A program made the translations under genes and the position numbers. Positions 60,487-64,000 of a stretch of 64,000 nt of DNA are shown in pieces. Under the pieces are notes generated by a model. It was given only the letters and a program-made list of their open reading frames with translations. It did no database searches and was not told the DNA's origin. Origin of the DNA: Eledone cirrhosa (lineage: Eukaryota); contig OZ024743.1 of the NCBI GenBank assembly GCA_964016885.1, positions 230,640,001 through 230,704,000 of the forward strand. Reading direction: 5' to 3'. Numbering within the stretch: the first letter of the stretch is position 1; each line of letters opens with the position of its first letter.

Positions 60487-63400
60487 AGAATTGATGACCC
60501 GATAAAAATAAAAATAAAAAAAACAATAATCAAAATCAAGTTTTAGTTTTAACAAAATGTTTAATCCAATATTATGGGTAAATGTCAACACATATACGCG
60601 ACTAACGATAACTTCACTAAAGATAATTACACGACCAATGCCACCTCCACTACCACGATGAAAACTCTGGTCAAGTCGAATCATATTTCTACTCCAACTT
60701 CAACACCATCACTACAGTAATACGACCACATCACCACCACCGCTTCCTCACTATCGCTACCGCCGCTATTCACTCCCACTACATCCTGCTAGTTGCTGCT
60801 AGTACAGCACCGCCACCACCCCCGCCGCCGCTGCCTCAGTATTACTACCGCCGCTATTCTCTCCCGCTATCCCCTGCTAGATTGTAGAATTCCCACTAAA
60901 AGAGGAAAACATCAAAATATATATATAGACTGAATTGATGACCCAGTCAAAATAAAAAAAAAACAACAAAAATCAAAATCAAAGCAGCACAGCAACAACG
61001 AAAAACGTAAAGGAAATAAAAATGAAGAGAAAAACAAACGGACGGACAGAGAAGGGAAGGGAAAAACTAAATCAGACATTCAAACACTACATTACAATGA
61101 AACTTATGCTTATTCATTTTTGGGTTTTTTTCTACCTGTTTGTTTGTTTGTTTGTTTGGGTTCATCTACAGCGTGATAATGCCACACAAAAGTCACGTGG
61201 AGTGACGAAACCACCGGAGACAAGTAATTCATCGGTGGTTATGTAACCATACATTTGCCAATCCTCGATAAGAGTGTTTAAATGTCGAACTTAAACAGTT
61301 CGAATAACAGTGAAATGGAGACTAGAATGTCATGTGACAGACTCTCACCCAACAGGTGCTCCCTGGCTCAGCAGCAGAGACCTGGCTGTTAACCAATTAC
61401 TGCTGGTGTCGGAGGAAGCAGAAGAAGGATAGGGACCAGAACCAACTGGACGAAAGAATTGAATAGAACTGTTATGCAATGCTACCTGAAGAGTAACCCC
61501 AAGGAGAAAGGCTATAGGAAAAGGATGAATAACATCTGGAACGAGATTGGTCCATTTAAATTAGATGAAGAAAAACTGGCCGGGCAGGCTCGGGTAATAA
61601 GAACTAATGGGTGGATAAGCGAGCTGGAACTGGAGGAACTGGGCAGAGAGATTAGCTTGGAGATGGAGGGTGGAGTATGCCGGGCAAACGAGCCAGTGGG
61701 AAATGAAGGTGAAGAGGTCGAGAGAACGCAGGAACCACCCGAAACAGACAATGATCTGAATGCTGAGATAAATAATACCTGGAACAGAGATATGGCCACT
61801 GAGGAGATGAATGCTGACGGGTTAGGACAAGATTTGGTAGATATCCTAAACTTAGTGGTAGATGAATTGAACACTGATAGTGGGAGACCTATGAACCTAA
61901 GATTTGTAGACAGGAAAAAGTTTAAAGAAACAACAGCTAAGGTAAACAAAGTCATCCCATACCTTGAGTCGAGGAGCATTCACCAGTGCAACAATATCCT
62001 CAAAGCAACAGCAAATACGGTGAGGAAACTACTTGGTGTAAAAGCGAGAGGAAACAATAGACAAGAAAGAGCAGAGCCTTGGTGGAAGAAACGACTGAGT
62101 TGTCAAATCAGGGAAAAGAGAAATGACATTGGAAAGCTTGAGTCCCTACTGAATGGGACACTAAAAAACATAGACACTAAAAATAGACTGGAAATAAAGT
62201 ACAAAACTAGGAGAAAAAAGCTAAATATTATCATAGAGGAAGTGAAGCAACGCATTGTAGCAAAGAGTGCAAAAATCAAGCGATACGAGAACAGAGTTTG
62301 CCAGTATAGACAAAACCGCGTGTTCGACAACAACCAGAAGATGTTGTTTGGACAGCTTGAAGGGAAGGAAAGAGGCAACGACTTGATCCCTGAGGCGGAA
62401 CAAACTAAAACATTCTGGAGGGGAATATGAGAGCAGGATGTTAAACATAATGACCAGGCAGTGTGGATTGAGACAGTACAGAATGAGATCAGTGAACAGG
62501 CACGCCAACAAACTGATTTGAGTATCACAGTTGAAACTCTTAAGGGGCAGGCCAAAAAACTGACCAACTGGAAATCACCTGGCCCAGATGGTGTGCAGGG
62601 GTATTGGATTACAAACATAACATCCCTCCACACGAAACTGACAACCATGTTCAATGACTGCTTGATGTCAGGTGAGGTGCCAGAGTGGTTGACAAAAGGT
62701 ACCACAGTTCTGATAATGAAAGAACGAATCAAGGGTAATGATGTTACCAACTATAGACCTATCACATGTCTGTCCGTAATGTGGAAACTGTTGACAAGCA
62801 TTATGTATGAGGAAATCTACCATCACCTCCACACAAACAACTTGTTACCGGACGAACAGAAAGGATGCCGAAAGAAGTCACGTGGTACAAAGGACCAGTT
62901 ACTTATTGATAAGATGGTAATTAGAAATTGCAAGAGGAGACACACTGGTCTTGCTATGGGATGGATAGACTACAAAAAGGCATTTGACATGGTGCCTCAT
63001 TCTTGGATCACCAAAAGCCTGGAGATCTTCAAGGTGGCAGATAACATCAGGCAGTTGTTGGGCAAAAGTATGAAGTCCTGGGAAACAGAGTTAACATCAA
63101 CTGGAGAATCCTTGGGAAGCGTGAAGATCAAGAGAGGTATCTTCCAGGGAGATAGTCTGTTCTTTCTGTTGTTTGTCCTTGCCCTGATGCTCCTGACCAG
63201 TGTACTGCGAAAAGTAAGAGCAGGATACAGGATGGGAAAGGGAGGGCTTACCATCAATCACCTCATCATCATGGACGATCTTAAGCTCTTCGGGAAGAGT
63301 GAGAAGGAGTTGGATGTGGTTGTTGACACTGTCCGTATTTTCAGCAATGATATATGTATGCAATTTGATATTAGTAAGTGTGGGGTAATTGTAATGAGGA

Positions 63401-64000
63401 GGGGTAAGTTGAGCAGAAGTAACGGAATCCAGATACCAACAGGTGAGATGATAAAAGAAATTGACTCTGAAGAAGGATACAAGTAATTGGGCGTTCTGGA
63501 GGCTGATGACATCAAGAACAAAAAATGAAGGAATTGATAAGAACTGAATACCTTCGGAGAGTAAGGAGCGTATTAAAGTCACATCTGAACAGTAGGAATG
63601 CCATAAGTGCAATAAATTCTCTACTTAAGGATATCTGAGGGTGGAAGAGGTCTTATCAGCATAGAGGACTGTGTTCAGATGGAGGAAAACAACCTACACA
63701 AATAAGTGACTTATAGTAAAGAGCTAATGCTCAGAGCTGTACTGAGGGAGGGGACAATAGGCCAGGGGATGTCCAAGCAGAAAATAACATCAAGGAGAAA
63801 GAGCGGCCTTCACGAAAAATCCCTTCATAGTACCTTCTTTGAGAAAACTGAATTTAGAGATCCACAGACATGGAACTGGTTGAAAAGAGGAGACCTTAAA
63901 AAGGCTACAGAAGGAATGTTAATGGCTGCGCAGGAGCAGGCCCTCAAAACGAAGTGTTTGAAACACCACATTTACAAGGAGGAGGCTAGCCCACTGTGCA
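60487..64000 (+). mobile_element. R4/Dong-like family G, copy 3 (runs off window)
   Basis: ORF pieces 61459-62430 and 62461-63486, with stops and a deletion near 63620; 5' UTR monomer. Confidence 0.9.

Overview
Eukaryotic, gene-free window made almost entirely of transposons and microsatellites. A cephalopod/octopus origin is likely, inferred from the SINE families and microsatellite load. No host protein-coding gene is supported. Contents: five Tx1/L1-clade LINE copies, one RTE LINE, about seven R4/Dong-like restriction-endonuclease LINE copies or fragments, Penelope-like element (PLE) fragments, tandem non-autonomous Helitrons and many tRNA-derived SINEs. Highlight 1: a 5.4 x 310-bp near-perfect tandem array (14655-16318) in which every unit carries a complete type I hammerhead ribozyme on the minus strand inside a heavily base-paired monomer. 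It ends in an inverted partial copy and is a candidate retrozyme / self-cleaving circRNA system. Highlight 2: a ~31-kb stack (33-64 kb) in which Tx1 LINEs, SINEs and Dong-like LINEs all sit in (AAT)n repeats with family-specific, opposite polarity. Other families use other microsatellites: a second Tx1 uses (GATA)n and PLEs use (TA)n. Further hammerhead motifs and an apparent ORF1 swap between two Tx1 copies are also reported. All alignments and folds were done by eye.
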